Positions 45,675-59,279 of a DNA stretch of 64,000 nucleotides are shown here, one piece after another. The translations under genes and the position numbers were made by a program. The DNA is from Acidimicrobiia bacterium (GTDB taxonomy: Bacteria > Actinomycetota > Acidimicrobiia > Spongiisociales > UBA5794). Every line of letters begins with the position of its first letter. The first letter of the stretch is position 1. The notes beneath the pieces were generated by a model that saw nothing but the letters and a program-made list of their open reading frames with translations, was not told where the DNA came from and searched no databases. The stretch is from the NCBI GenBank assembly GCA_030066875.1, contig JASJAS010000002.1, positions 212 to 64,211 on the forward strand, given 5' to 3'.

Positions 45675-46628
45675 ATGGCCCGCATAACCGATCCTGCCAT
45701 TCTCATTCCGGGTGCCCGCCAGGGTGACCGGCGCGCCCTCGCCCGACTGATCACTCTCGTCGAGAACGGTGGACCAACTTCCGATGCGGTGCTCGCCGAA
45801 CTCTTCCCCGGTGGCGGCTCAGCATGGACGACTGGCTTGACCGGAGCCCCGGGTGCCGGCAAGTCCACGCTCACTGACCGCCTGATCACTGTTGTGCGTG
45901 CCGAAGGGTCTGAGGTGGCAGTGGTAGCCGTCGACCCTTCCAGCCCGTTCAGCGGAGGAGCGGTACTGGGGGACCGGGTGCGGATGCAGGATCATGTCGA
46001 CGACACCGGCGTCTACATTCGCTCGATGGCGAGTCGCGGCCATCTCGGCGGTATCGCGGCGGCTACGCCCCGAATCGTGGCGACGCTCGATGGTCTCGGC
46101 TTTCCGGAGATCCTGGTCGAGACCGTCGGCGTTGGGCAGGCCGAAGTCGAGATCGCCAGCAATGCAGACACGACCCTGGTGGTGGTCAATCCGGGTTGGG
46201 GGGATAGCGTGCAGGCGGCCAAAGCCGGGCTCCTCGAAATCGGTGATGTCTTCGTCGTCAACAAAGCCGATCGACCAGGGGTTGCCGAAACGGTGCGTGA
46301 TCTGAAACAGATGCTCGAACTAGGCGCCGCTCCCGGCTGGGCACCGCCGGTGATCACGACCGTGGCCGCCACCGGTGAAGGCATCGAAGACCTGTGGGCT
46401 GCTGTCCGCAGCCACCGCAGCCACATGACGTCCTCCGGGGATCTCGTCGAAGAGCGGCGTTCTCGTCTGATCGCCGAGATGGAATCGGCGCTCCTCGCCG
46501 GACTACGACAGCGGGTTCGCTCATCAGTTCCTGCGGAGACCTGGGCCGGTCTTACCGACCAGGTGGCAGACCGACAACTCGATCCCTGGAATGCTGCAAG
46601 CCGGTTGCTGTTGGCGTTGTCCGATTAG
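45675..46628 (+). CDS. meaB: Methylmalonyl-CoA mutase-associated G-protein chaperone (MeaB/ArgK).
   Basis: P-loop 'GAPGAGKST', 'VETVGVGQ' and 'NKAD' G motifs. Confidence 0.85.
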   Translation: MARITDPAILIPGARQGDRRALARLITLVENGGPTSDAVLAELFPGGGSAWTTGLTGAPGAGKSTLTDRLITVVRAEGSEVAVVAVDPSSPFSGGAVLGDRVRMQDHVDDTGVYIRSMASRGHLGGIAAATPRIVATLDGLGFPEILVETVGVGQAEVEIASNADTTLVVVNPGWGDSVQAAKAGLLEIGDVFVVNKADRPGVAETVRDLKQMLELGAAPGWAPPVITTVAATGEGIEDLWAAVRSHRSHMTSSGDLVEERRSRLIAEMESALLAGLRQRVRSSVPAETWAGLTDQVADRQLDPWNAASRLLLALSD

Positions 46629-46657
46629 GTTGGAGCCAACCCGACAGGAAGGTTCCG

Positions 46658-47425
46658 ATGAGTCTCGTCGAGTACTCCGTCACCGGAGCGGTGGCGTTGA
46701 TCACCTTGGATCGTCCCCCCGTCAACGCGCTGAACAGCGAGCTGATCGCAGACATCGATAGCGCCCTCACGACAGCCGAATCGCCAGACATCAGAGCCGC
46801 GGTCATCACCGGCACCAAGCATTTCGCGGCCGGCGCAGATATCACCCGCTTCGTCGACGCTTTTGACAGCGAGACCCCCGAACCCCAGGCGTCCGGATTG
46901 GGTGCGGTGGTTCGCCGGCTGGAGAATCTGGAGAAGCCGACAATCGCCGCCATTTCGGGATATGCCCTCGGGGGTGGGCTCGAACTCGCGATGGGTGCCG
47001 ATTTCCGCTATATGGCCACGGATGCCAAGGTCGGTCAGCCGGAGATCCTTCTCGGGATCATCCCCGGCGCCGGGGGGACACAACGATTGCGACGCATCGT
47101 CGGGTACCAGGCAGCCAAGGAATTGAACTTCTCCGGGCGCCACATCACCGCGGCAGAGGCACATGACATCCGACTTGCAGACAAGGTGGTCGAGCCGGAT
47201 GATCTGTTGCGGGTCGCAATGGCGGACGCCGCGGCTTGGGCCGAGGGCCCCACCCGAGGCTATTGGGCGATCAAGAAAGCGATGGGCGACGGTTTTGGCC
47301 ATTCGATGGAGGCCGCTCTCGAGATCGAACGTGAGGCGTTCGAAGAGGTGTTTGCCTCCGACGACGCCAAGACAGGGATTCTGGCCTTCGTCAACAAGGA
47401 GAAGCCGGACTTCTCCGGGAGTTGA
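46658..47425 (+). CDS. Enoyl-CoA hydratase/isomerase family protein.
   Basis: ATG 46658. 'ITLDRPPVNALN', 'FAAGADI' and 'GYALGGGLELAM' crotonase motifs. Confidence 0.85.
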   Translation: MSLVEYSVTGAVALITLDRPPVNALNSELIADIDSALTTAESPDIRAAVITGTKHFAAGADITRFVDAFDSETPEPQASGLGAVVRRLENLEKPTIAAISGYALGGGLELAMGADFRYMATDAKVGQPEILLGIIPGAGGTQRLRRIVGYQAAKELNFSGRHITAAEAHDIRLADKVVEPDDLLRVAMADAAAWAEGPTRGYWAIKKAMGDGFGHSMEAALEIEREAFEEVFASDDAKTGILAFVNKEKPDFSGS

Positions 47426-47455
47426 GTACTCGTTCTTTGCGGGTAGCCTCCGCCG

Positions 47456-48604
47456 GTGGAAGAAAGCAGGTTGGCTCTCTGGACAAGGCGCATCGCGCTC
47501 GCGGTCGTTCTCGGTCTACTTGTCGGTTTGTTCTTCGGAGCGTTCCGTGGCTCGACAATCATCGCTGCCGACCTGCTCATTCCTGAGGCCCCGGCGCCGG
47601 GACCCACCTATGAGGTAGGAATGGTGGGGGCAGGCCGGATTGTGTTGCCGCGCGACGACGTTACGGAACGCGGCGGTGTCTGGGGAGTGAGTAACGCTAC
47701 CGGTGCCTACGGACAGATGGCAGCCGTGATCTCCAAAGACGCCGAGACCATCGAGCGTTCGTTTCGCACCCTGACCGGACGGTTCGCGGAGGGTGAGATG
47801 GTCACCCTCGACGCGTATGCCGCGGGGCATGACCCGCAAGAGGCTTTCGCCCTCGACTTCGACCACGTCCGAGTGCCGGGAAGCCTCGGGGTGAATCCGG
47901 CATGGGTTGTCGATGGCTCCTCCGACACTTGGGTCATCGTCATCCACGGGGAGGGGCTGGACGAGCGGCGCCAGGCGCTGCGAATTCTCCCAGCCCTGGC
48001 CGACGGCGGGTTTCCCGCACTGGTGATCACCTACCGCAATGACGGAGCCGCACCCGATGACGGCGGTTACTACCGCTGGGGATTGAGCGAGTGGCAGGAC
48101 GTCGATGCCGCCATCGCCTATGCGCGAACTCAGGGCGCCGAGGACTTCATCCTCTACGGGTTCGGTATGGGGGCGAACATCGCAGCGATGCATCTCCATG
48201 AATCCGACGCCGCAGCCCACGTGCGTGGGGCGATCTTCGACTCGGTGGTAATCGACCTCGGTGCGGTTGTTGATCAGATAGCTGAGGATCGCGGAATCCC
48301 GGGGATCGTGAGTTCGGCCGCCAAGGCCGTGGCGCGAGTCAGGTTCGGGTTGGAGTGGTCGGAACTCGATCAACTGGCTCGGGCCGATCAGTTCAACACG
48401 CCGCTGTTGTTGCTTCACGGCACCGCAGACGAGCTCGCGCCGATCGCAACGACTGACGAGTTCGTGGAGGCGGTCGCCGGCCCGGTCACCTACGAGCGGT
48501 TCGAGGGCGCTGGTAGAACCGAACTGTGGAACCACGATCCCGAGCGCTACAACATGGCAGTGCTTGCCTTCCTCATAGAGCTGACACGAGAAGGGGCGGG
48601 CTAG
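47456..48604 (+). CDS. Membrane-anchored alpha/beta-hydrolase-fold protein; the nucleophile position is Gly.
   Basis: N-terminal TM 'IALAVVLGLLVGLFFGAF'. 'VIVIHGEG', elbow 'LYGFGMGAN', 'LLLLHGTADE' and 'ELWNHD'. Confidence 0.65.
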   Translation: MEESRLALWTRRIALAVVLGLLVGLFFGAFRGSTIIAADLLIPEAPAPGPTYEVGMVGAGRIVLPRDDVTERGGVWGVSNATGAYGQMAAVISKDAETIERSFRTLTGRFAEGEMVTLDAYAAGHDPQEAFALDFDHVRVPGSLGVNPAWVVDGSSDTWVIVIHGEGLDERRQALRILPALADGGFPALVITYRNDGAAPDDGGYYRWGLSEWQDVDAAIAYARTQGAEDFILYGFGMGANIAAMHLHESDAAAHVRGAIFDSVVIDLGAVVDQIAEDRGIPGIVSSAAKAVARVRFGLEWSELDQLARADQFNTPLLLLHGTADELAPIATTDEFVEAVAGPVTYERFEGAGRTELWNHDPERYNMAVLAFLIELTREGAG

Positions 48605-48627
48605 CGGTCGCGCCGGGCCGGAGCGGT

Positions 48628-49647
48628 TCAGCTCGGATGGATCACGGTACGTAGCGTTGCGCCGAATCGCTCCAGCTCATCGAGTGCCGCGTTGACCGCT
48701 GCTTCCTCCAGCGGGATCGTTTCGGTGAGGATCTCATCGAGCAACAGCCCTCCCGTTGCGGCGTATTCGAGCAACTCATGGATCTCGGATGCAAGGTGAT
48801 CCGAGGTCCCGATCAATTCCGATTCGCCGCTCACAAGGTCCGTGTAGGGGCCTACCGCCATCTCGTCGGCCGTGAGCCCGACCGCCACAGCACGGCCCAT
48901 CGGAGCCAGCACATCGAGACAGTCGCGCATGACATCGGCCGAACCGACGAGATCGAGGGCTACATCCACCCCACCCTTGTCGAGGATCTCAGCAACGGCG
49001 TCATCGGACGCCGGGATCGCTTCCGCCCCGAACCGTTCGGCTTGCCGGAGCTTGGCGACGTTCACGTCCACCGCCAACACGCGGGACGCGCCTTCGAGAA
49101 ACGCCAGTTGGATGGCGGACATGCCGAGGCCACCGGCACCGAAGACTGCGACGGTTTCGCCTGCCGCGAGGCGTCCCTTGCGAAGCGCATGGAGCGAAGT
49201 CGCCGAGGAGCACATCATCACCGCGGCGTGATCGAGCGACACCGATGCGGGAACCGGGATGGCGTTGCGGGCCGGCACCACGATCTGCTCGGCGTACCCG
49301 CCGTCGCGGCCATTGCCGATCATCTTGCCCTCAGCGCAGAACTGCTCGAAGCCGCGCCGGCAATAGGAGCACTCGCCGCAACCGACCTGGTAGTGGATGC
49401 ACACACGCTGCCCGGGCTCGAGGTCTGCGACTTGCTCCCCGGTCGCACTCACGACGCCGGCGACCTCGTGCCCAAGAGCCAACGGGAGTGGACCGACGGC
49501 TGGGAATCCCCTTCGGTAGTGCACGTCAGAACGGCAGATGCCGGCGGCCGCGACGTCCACCACAACATCGTTCGGCGCAAGAGGCGGGAGAGCCACTTCT
49601 CGTAGCCGCAGAGGTGTCCCCGCGGCGACAAGTTGCAGAGCTCGCAT
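48628..49647 (-). CDS. Zn-dependent alcohol dehydrogenase (MDR family).
   Basis: 'GICRSDVHY', 'GHEVAGVV', structural Zn motif 'CGECSYCRRG' and Rossmann 'VFGAGGLG'. Confidence 0.85.
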   Translation of the reverse strand: MRALQLVAAGTPLRLREVALPPLAPNDVVVDVAAAGICRSDVHYRRGFPAVGPLPLALGHEVAGVVSATGEQVADLEPGQRVCIHYQVGCGECSYCRRGFEQFCAEGKMIGNGRDGGYAEQIVVPARNAIPVPASVSLDHAAVMMCSSATSLHALRKGRLAAGETVAVFGAGGLGMSAIQLAFLEGASRVLAVDVNVAKLRQAERFGAEAIPASDDAVAEILDKGGVDVALDLVGSADVMRDCLDVLAPMGRAVAVGLTADEMAVGPYTDLVSGESELIGTSDHLASEIHELLEYAATGGLLLDEILTETIPLEEAAVNAALDELERFGATLRTVIHPS

Positions 49648-49712
49648 TGGTCACCTCCCGCAGGACTTGTGTCGGTTCTGCAGGCTAATTCGGTATGCCA
49701 GACTGACGCAGG

Positions 49713-50845
49713 ATGTTCTATCTCGACCACGCCGCAACAACCGAGGTACGCCCGGAAACCCGGACCGCAATGGCGCCGTTTCTCGATGACTCGTTCGGGA
49801 ACCCTTCGGGTGTTCACGAGGTTTCACGGCGCGCCAAGAACGCCCTGGAGGAAGCTCGCGAGCGAGCGGCCGAGTTGTTGGGCGCCGCACACCCGCTCGA
49901 CATCGTCTTTACCGGTGGTGGCACGGAAGCCGACAACCTGGCGGTTGTAGGCAGTGCTCTTGCCGACGGGAAGCGCGGCGGCGTGGTGACGACCGCCGTT
50001 GAACACGAGGCGGTGCTCAGCTCCGCCGTCTTCCTCGACTCGCTGGGATGTCCCGTCGATGTCGTCGGTGTCGACGGACAGGGCCGGCTCGACATTGCAG
50101 AACTGGTGAGCCGGGTGGGCCCGGGCACGGCTGTTGTTTCGGTGATGACCGCCAACAACGAAACCGGAACCCTCTTTCCGGTCCGTGAGGTGGCCGAAGC
50201 TGTCCGCGCCGCCGCCGAAACAGTTCCGGTACACACCGATGCGGTGCAGGCGTTCGTCACAGAAGAGGTCACGTTTGCTGCGCTGGGAGTCGACATGATC
50301 TCGCTGGCGGCACACAAGTTTGGTGGACCAAAAGGCGTCGGCTTGTTGCTGGCGCCGCGTCACATTCATCTCGAGCCGGTCATTCACGGTGGCGGGCAGG
50401 AGCTAGGCCGTCGCTCCGGCACTCACAACGTCGCTGCCATCGTGGGCATGGTCGCTGCGATGGAGGCGACGGTTACCGACCGGATCGCAACCCGCAAGCG
50501 CATCGACGACATCCGCAACGATTTCGAAGCGACCATTGGGGCAGCGCTCGATGATGTCGAGATCAATGGCGACCTCGACCACCGCCTCGTGCAGCACAGC
50601 CATCTCCGGATTCCGGGCGTCTCTGCGGAAACGCTGTTGATCCGTTTGGATCAAGCAGGGGTGGCAGCCGCCGCCGGATCGGCTTGCCACAGCGGCGCGA
50701 TCGAGGTGTCGCATGTGCTGGCCGCAATGGGTAGAAGCGAGACTGCAGCGGCTGAGTGTGTGCGCTTCAGCTTCGGGTGGTCGAGTCGCCCCACGGACGG
50801 GCACGAGGCTGCGCAGCGGGTAGTAGCTGTAGCGAGGGACCTACG

Positions 50846-50849
<4 letters not shown>
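49713..50849 (+). CDS. Cysteine desulfurase (IscS/NifS-like, class V aminotransferase).
   Basis: 'MFYLDHAATT', PLP Lys 'AHKFGGPKG' and active-site 'AAGSACHSG'. Confidence 0.85.
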
Positions 50850-53960
<3,111 letters not shown>

Positions 53961-53966
53961 GCCCTG

Positions 53967-54362
53967 CTACTGAACCCGGAAAACCCAGCTCCACTCGCCG
54001 GGGTCGGGAAGGCCAGCGATCCGGTCCCACCGCACCCAAACCGTATGAATCCCCGGCGACCATTCCGGGATGATCGTCGTGTCGCTCGGCCGCCAGACGA
54101 ACCGACCCGTCTCCGGGGTCGCGATGATCTCATTTTCCGGAATGGCGACGCCGTCGATGACCAACGTGATTCCGTAGTCGACGGGGAGATCGATCTGCAC
54201 TTCCGTCTGGCGCAGCACGGTCGACTCGTTGCTCGGCGAATACGATTCGACGACTTCCGGTACCTGGTCGGGACGCCCCGATGGAGCGAACACGACGGCG
54301 CCGATCACGACGGCCGCCAGCGCAAGACCGAGAAGGGTGAAAGTGAGGCGGTAGCGGTTCAC
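53967..54362 (-). CDS. Small membrane-anchored hypothetical protein.
   Basis: GTG 54362 is the only plausible start downstream of the overlap with dapC. TM 'LTFTLLGLALAAVVIGAVVF' is followed by a beta-rich ectodomain. The 5' part of the track ORF is antisense to dapC. Confidence 0.45.
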   Translation of the reverse strand: MNRYRLTFTLLGLALAAVVIGAVVFAPSGRPDQVPEVVESYSPSNESTVLRQTEVQIDLPVDYGITLVIDGVAIPENEIIATPETGRFVWRPSDTTIIPEWSPGIHTVWVRWDRIAGLPDPGEWSWVFRVQ

Positions 54363-54416
54363 GGGGGGATCATACGGTTCGCTCGGCCCCCCGGGGAATT
54401 CGGTTACCGTGGGCTG

Positions 54417-55571
54417 ATGCGGCTGAATCCGACACTCGACCAGCTGGGGTCCTATCCGATCGCGATCGTCCACGAACGGGCGCGGGCGATGAGGGAGTCG
54501 GGCCGTGTGGTCATCGACTTCTCGATCGGTGACCCCCGGGAACCTACGCCGCCGTTCATTCCCCGGACGCTGAAATCGGCTGTTCCCACAGTGTCGCAAT
54601 ACCCAACAACACCTGGCCTCGCCGAACTGCGGACCACGGTGGCCGAGTATGTGCTGCGGCGCTTTGGCGTGGTCGTCGACCCGGAAGCACAGGTGATTCC
54701 CACGTCGGGGTCCAAGGAGGCCATCTTCACTGCACCGCTTGCTTTTATCGACCGCGCCGCGGGCGATGCCGTCATCTACGGCACCCCCGGATACCCGATT
54801 TATGAGCGTGGTGCGTTGTTTTCTGGTGCGCTGCCGGCCCCCGTGGAGCTCACGGGCGATTTCGTTCTTCGAGCCGGTTTCCCCGCAGCCGAGATCTGGG
54901 ACCAGGCCCGCATCGCCTGGATCTGCACCCCGCACAATCCCACCGGGGCGGTCACGTCCGCGTCCGACATGAAGGAGCTGCTGCAAACGGCCCGCCGTCA
55001 CGACACACTCCTATTCTCGGATGAGTGCTACGCCGATGTATATGAGCCAGCCGCCTACCCCGATGGCCCGCCCTCGATCCTGCAATTCGCGGGCAGTGAT
55101 TCAGCCGGGGTGTTGTCGTTTCTTTCACTGTCGAAACGCTCCGGGATGACCGGCTATCGCTCCGGCGCGGTCGTCGGCGACGCGGCCGCCATCGCTGCGC
55201 TGAAGAAGCTACGCACCGCTACCGGCACGGCGTCGCCGGAGTTCGTCCAGAAAGCAGCCGCGGCCGCTTGGGCCGACGACGCTCACGCCGCGGAACGGCG
55301 AGAGGTATTCGCGGCAAAACGGGATGTGCTTCGCAACGCATTCGAGAAGCTGGGGATGCGGGTAGTCGCATCCAAGGCAGGGTTGTACATGTGGGTCGAA
55401 GCAACCGATGATCTCGCAACCACCGACCGGTTGCTCGACGCCGGAGTTGTAGTCTCGCCGGGCCGGTTCTTTGGACCCGGAGGGGAGGGCTACATTCGTC
55501 TGGCGCTGGTACCCACATTGGAGGAATGTGAGCGAGCGGTGGAGGTGCTGGTTCAGTGTCTGAGTCGATGA
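54417..55571 (+). CDS. dapC: Class I aminotransferase, likely succinyldiaminopimelate aminotransferase.
   Basis: ATG 54417. 'IDFSIGDPREPTP' and PLP Lys region 'LSLSKRSGMTGYRSG'. It lies directly upstream of dapD and dapE. Confidence 0.7.
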   Translation: MRLNPTLDQLGSYPIAIVHERARAMRESGRVVIDFSIGDPREPTPPFIPRTLKSAVPTVSQYPTTPGLAELRTTVAEYVLRRFGVVVDPEAQVIPTSGSKEAIFTAPLAFIDRAAGDAVIYGTPGYPIYERGALFSGALPAPVELTGDFVLRAGFPAAEIWDQARIAWICTPHNPTGAVTSASDMKELLQTARRHDTLLFSDECYADVYEPAAYPDGPPSILQFAGSDSAGVLSFLSLSKRSGMTGYRSGAVVGDAAAIAALKKLRTATGTASPEFVQKAAAAAWADDAHAAERREVFAAKRDVLRNAFEKLGMRVVASKAGLYMWVEATDDLATTDRLLDAGVVVSPGRFFGPGGEGYIRLALVPTLEECERAVEVLVQCLSR

Positions 55572-56374
55572 ACGACCGTGCTCTCATCGAGGCGGCATAT
55601 GCCGATCTCGAGTTGTTGGACGACGCCGTCGAAGCAATCGAGCGGACGATTGCAGCGCTCGATCGTGGCAAGATCCGTGTCGCAGAGAAACTCGACGGGG
55701 AGTGGCAGGTCAACGTCTGGGTGAAGGAAGCGATCATGCTGTACTTCCGGGTCGCTCCTCTCGTTGCGAGTCACAGTGGACCATTCGAGTTCCACGACCG
55801 GATACCGACCAAGACCAACCTCGCTGCGGCCGGGATTCGGGTCGTTCCTCCGGGAACCATCCGCTATGGCGCGTTCTGCGAGCCTGGCATGGTTCTGATG
55901 CCCGGATACATCAACATCGGTGCCTATGTCGGGTCGGGAACCATGGTCGATACGTGGGCAACGGTCGGCTCCTGTGCCCAGATCGGACGCGATGTTCACC
56001 TGAGCGGTGGTGTCGGCATCGGCGGAGTCCTCGAGCCGCCGGGCGCCCGACCGGTCATCGTCGAAGACGGCGCATTCATCGGGAGCAGGTCGATCGTTGT
56101 TGAGGGAACGCTGATAGAAGAAGGCGCGGTGCTCGGAGCGAACACGGTGATCACGTCTTCGACACCGATCATCGATATCACGGGTGATGAGCCGGTCGAG
56201 TATCGTGGCCGGGTGCCGGCACGTTCGATCGTCGTTCCTGGGACCCGGCCCAAGGAGTACCCCTCGGGACACTACGACCTGCAGTGCGCCCTGATCATCG
56301 GTGAACGTTCCGCATCTACTGATCGCAAGACATCTTTGAACGAAGCTTTGCGCGTTTTCGAGGTACCTGTATGA
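55568..56374 (+). CDS. dapD: Tetrahydrodipicolinate N-succinyltransferase.
   Basis: 'GKIRVAEKLDGEWQVNVWVKEAIMLYFR' plus hexapeptide repeats. The ATG 55568 ATGA overlap is preferred; GTG 55556 is an alternative. Confidence 0.85.
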   Translation: MNDRALIEAAYADLELLDDAVEAIERTIAALDRGKIRVAEKLDGEWQVNVWVKEAIMLYFRVAPLVASHSGPFEFHDRIPTKTNLAAAGIRVVPPGTIRYGAFCEPGMVLMPGYINIGAYVGSGTMVDTWATVGSCAQIGRDVHLSGGVGIGGVLEPPGARPVIVEDGAFIGSRSIVVEGTLIEEGAVLGANTVITSSTPIIDITGDEPVEYRGRVPARSIVVPGTRPKEYPSGHYDLQCALIIGERSASTDRKTSLNEALRVFEVPV

Positions 56375-57477
56375 CCGCTCTACACGACACGCTCTCCGAG
56401 TTGGTGTCGATCCACTCCGTCACCGGCAACGAGGGGCGGCTTTGTACTGCCGTCGCCAAGCGCCTGCTGCCGATCTGGACGATGCAGTCGGTGACCCGCA
56501 TCGGCAATGCTCTGGTAGTGGGTCAGCAAACCGGCCGACCGCTGATTTCCTTGTTCGGCCACCTCGACACGGTACCCATTCAGGACAACGGAGAACCGGT
56601 TGTGGCCGACGGCAGAATGTCCGGTGTGGGTACATCCGACATGAAGTCCGGGCTGGCGGTCATGGTTCATTTGCTCGAAGACGATGCGGTCCGGACCGGA
56701 CCGTACGATGTTGTCGGCGTCTTCTACGACAAAGAAGAAGGTCCGATGGAGCAAAACGGGCTCGAGAAGGTGCTCGACAAGGCTCCGTGGCTTGCGGAAA
56801 GCGAGTTTGCGATCGTCCTTGAGCCGACGGACCTCGGGGTCGAATTGGGATGCAACGGGGCCATGAACGCCGAACTGATGTTTGAAGGCAAGGCTGCCCA
56901 CAGCGCCCGTCCATGGTTGGGCGAGAACGCGGTTACCAAGGCGGGGCCTTGGCTGGCGGAGATGCACGAGCGGCAGCCTGAAAAGGTGGTCATTGACGGG
57001 TTGGAGTTCAACGAGGTCTTCTCGGTGACCAAGGCCGAAGGTGGCATAGCCAACAACGTGCTCCCCGCTTCCTTGCGCATCAACCTCAACTATCGATTCC
57101 CCCCGATCTACTCGCTGGATGAGGCCGAGGCCCGACTGCACCAGATCGCAGCCGCGGCGGATTGGGTGGTGGTGAAGGACCGCGCTCCCGCCGGCGATGT
57201 AGTCCACGACAACCCGCACCTCGACCGGCTCATCGCTATCACCGGGGCAACCCGTCAAGCGAAGCAGGCCTGGACCGATGTTGCGCGCCTCACCGGCCGG
57301 GGCATCCCCGCCGTCAACTATGGACCGGGAGACCCGGCATTGGCGCATCAGCAAGCCGAGTCGGTTGCCCTCGAGAACGTCGACCAGGCATTCGACGTGT
57401 TGCGCGAGTTCCTCGTCGATGGCCAAGAGGACTCATCCGAGGAGTTGGCAAAGCTACTCAGCGAGGACGAAGACTGA
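56371..57477 (+). CDS. dapE: Succinyl-diaminopimelate desuccinylase (M20 family).
   Basis: 'LFGHLDTVP' and 'GTSDMKSG' M20 metal motifs. ATGA coupling to dapD. Confidence 0.8.
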   Translation: MTALHDTLSELVSIHSVTGNEGRLCTAVAKRLLPIWTMQSVTRIGNALVVGQQTGRPLISLFGHLDTVPIQDNGEPVVADGRMSGVGTSDMKSGLAVMVHLLEDDAVRTGPYDVVGVFYDKEEGPMEQNGLEKVLDKAPWLAESEFAIVLEPTDLGVELGCNGAMNAELMFEGKAAHSARPWLGENAVTKAGPWLAEMHERQPEKVVIDGLEFNEVFSVTKAEGGIANNVLPASLRINLNYRFPPIYSLDEAEARLHQIAAAADWVVVKDRAPAGDVVHDNPHLDRLIAITGATRQAKQAWTDVARLTGRGIPAVNYGPGDPALAHQQAESVALENVDQAFDVLREFLVDGQEDSSEELAKLLSEDED

Positions 57478-57510
57478 GCTGCGTCGTCGGCTCCGTTACC
57501 ATCTCGTCAC

Positions 57511-57801
57511 ATGCCCGTAGATATCGACATTGCCAAGGTTGCCCGTCTCGCGCGCCTGGCTCTCACCGAGGAGGAGCTTCGCCAATACGGAGCACAGCTC
57601 GTTGACATTCTGGAGCACGCAGAAAGGGTGAGCGCTCTTCCAACTGAAGGGGTACCACCGACCTCGCACCCGCTGCCCATGACCAACGCATTTCGCCCTG
57701 ACGAGGTGAGGCCGTCGCTCGATCGCGAGGAAGTACTCGAGCAGGCCCCGGAGAGGGAAGGCGAGTACTTCAGGGTGCCCCGCATCTTGGGTGAAGCATG
57801 A
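57511..57801 (+). CDS. gatC: Asp/Glu-tRNA amidotransferase subunit C.
   Basis: 96 aa. '[17 protein letters not shown]'. Followed by gatA and gatB. Confidence 0.9.
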   Translation: MPVDIDIAKVARLARLALTEEELRQYGAQLVDILEHAERVSALPTEGVPPTSHPLPMTNAFRPDEVRPSLDREEVLEQAPEREGEYFRVPRILGEA

Positions 57802-59279
57802 GTGACCTTGCGGATCTCAACGTTGGCGAAGCTGCAACCGGGCTTCGCGCCGGCGACTTCTCGTCGGTCGAGCTGACCGACGCCGTCATCAAACGCGCCG
57901 GTATCACCGAGTCTCACCTGCATGCCTATCTGACGTTCGACCAGGACGCGGCGCGGGACGCCGCCCGGGTCGCCGACGATGCTCGGGCCGGCGGCGAGGA
58001 TCGCGGACCGTTGCACGGCATCCCGATTGCCCTCAAGGACAACATGACCACGCGGGGAACCGAGACCACGGCTGGATCGAAGATCCTCGCAGGGTACGTG
58101 CCCCCCTACGACGCAGCGGTTGTAGAGCGCCTGCAGAGCCGCCATGCGGTGATCCTGGGCAAGACCAACCTCGACGAGTACGCCATGGGTTCATCGACCG
58201 AGAACTCTGCGTATGGCCCGACGCGCAACCCGTGGGACACCGAGCGCATCCCCGGCGGGTCATCGGGAGGTTCGGCAGCAGCTGTGGCTGTCGGCTCCGC
58301 GATGGCCGCACTCGGTAGTGACACAGGCGGCTCGATCCGGCAACCGGCCGCAATGTGCGGGATTGTGGGAGTCAAACCCACGTACGGGCTCGTCAGCCGA
58401 TACGGGCTGATTGCTTTTGCGTCGTCACTCGACCAGATCGGTCCGTTTGCGAGAACAGTTGCCGATGCCGCCTCGCTGCTCGAGGTGATTGCAGAGTTCG
58501 ACATTCGCGATGCGACCAGTTATCGCGGTGAGAGACCCGCGTTTTCGCAAGCTCTGGAGGAGGGAGTTGCCGGGATGCGGGTCGGCGTCGTTACCGAGCT
58601 TTCGGGCGACGGCATCGACGCTGAGGTTGCCGCCGCCTGCCGCGCCATGTACGACAGCTTGGCGAATGCCGGGGCTGAAGTGTCAGAAGTCTCTCTGCCG
58701 GCCAGCGAGTATGCACTATCGGCCTATTACCTGATTGCGCCGGCGGAGGCCTCGGCAAACCTGGCCCGGTTCGACGGTGTGCGCTATGGGCTGCGCGTGG
58801 GTGGGGCAACCACCGAGGAGATGATGGCCCGTACACGGGCGGAAGGGTTTGGCCCTGAAGTCACCCGACGCATTCTGCTCGGGACCTATGCGCTGTCGGC
58901 GGGCTACTACGACGCGTTCTACGGCCAGGCGCAAAAGGTGCGCACTCTGGTGCGCCGGGACTTTGCCGCAGCCTACGAGAAGGTCGACGTGCTGGTCTCA
59001 CCGACGAGTCCGACGACGGCCTTCCCGATCGGGGAGCGCACGGCAGATCCGCTCAGCATGTACTACGCAGACGTTTGTACGATCGCCAGCAACCTGGCGG
59101 GAGACCCGTCCGGGTCGGTTCCAATCGGGCTCGACAACCAAGGTCTACCCATCGGGTTCCAGATAATGGCCCCGGCACTGCACGAGGCGAATCTGTTCCG
59201 GGCCGCTGCCGAGGTGGAGCGTCTCGCCACGTTCTCGCACCGCCCGGCGCTGGCGACCTCGGAAGTGAGGCCGGCATGA
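57798..59279 (+). CDS. gatA: Asp/Glu-tRNA amidotransferase subunit A.
   Basis: Amidase signature '[33 protein letters not shown]'. Confidence 0.9.
   Translation: MSDLADLNVGEAATGLRAGDFSSVELTDAVIKRAGITESHLHAYLTFDQDAARDAARVADDARAGGEDRGPLHGIPIALKDNMTTRGTETTAGSKILAGYVPPYDAAVVERLQSRHAVILGKTNLDEYAMGSSTENSAYGPTRNPWDTERIPGGSSGGSAAAVAVGSAMAALGSDTGGSIRQPAAMCGIVGVKPTYGLVSRYGLIAFASSLDQIGPFARTVADAASLLEVIAEFDIRDATSYRGERPAFSQALEEGVAGMRVGVVTELSGDGIDAEVAAACRAMYDSLANAGAEVSEVSLPASEYALSAYYLIAPAEASANLARFDGVRYGLRVGGATTEEMMARTRAEGFGPEVTRRILLGTYALSAGYYDAFYGQAQKVRTLVRRDFAAAYEKVDVLVSPTSPTTAFPIGERTADPLSMYYADVCTIASNLAGDPSGSVPIGLDNQGLPIGFQIMAPALHEANLFRAAAEVERLATFSHRPALATSEVRPA

Noticed and set aside
45675-46628. meaB without an adjacent methylmalonyl-CoA mutase, considered as an 'orphan chaperone'.
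   Set aside because: The mutase genes are often unlinked or lie just outside a window. An enoyl-CoA hydratase follows, which is consistent with acyl-CoA metabolism. This is not anomalous on the present evidence.
54363-55001. The upstream two-thirds of minus ORF 53967..55001, and the 5' extension 54045..54416 of the dapC ORF.
   Set aside because: The two extensions overlap each other and the real genes. The aminotransferase similarity starts at ATG 54417. The minus-strand protein only looks protein-like (a TM helix plus a beta-rich domain) downstream of GTG 54362.
56380-57426. A 348-aa minus-strand ORF antisense to dapE. Similar long antisense ORFs occur at 17604..18641, 24068..25045, 35045..35899, 47516..48535, 48778..49605, 50651..51568 and 60106..61044.
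   Set aside because: Each one mirrors a plus- or minus-strand gene that has strong family signatures, and none has motifs of its own. They are high-GC shadow frames.
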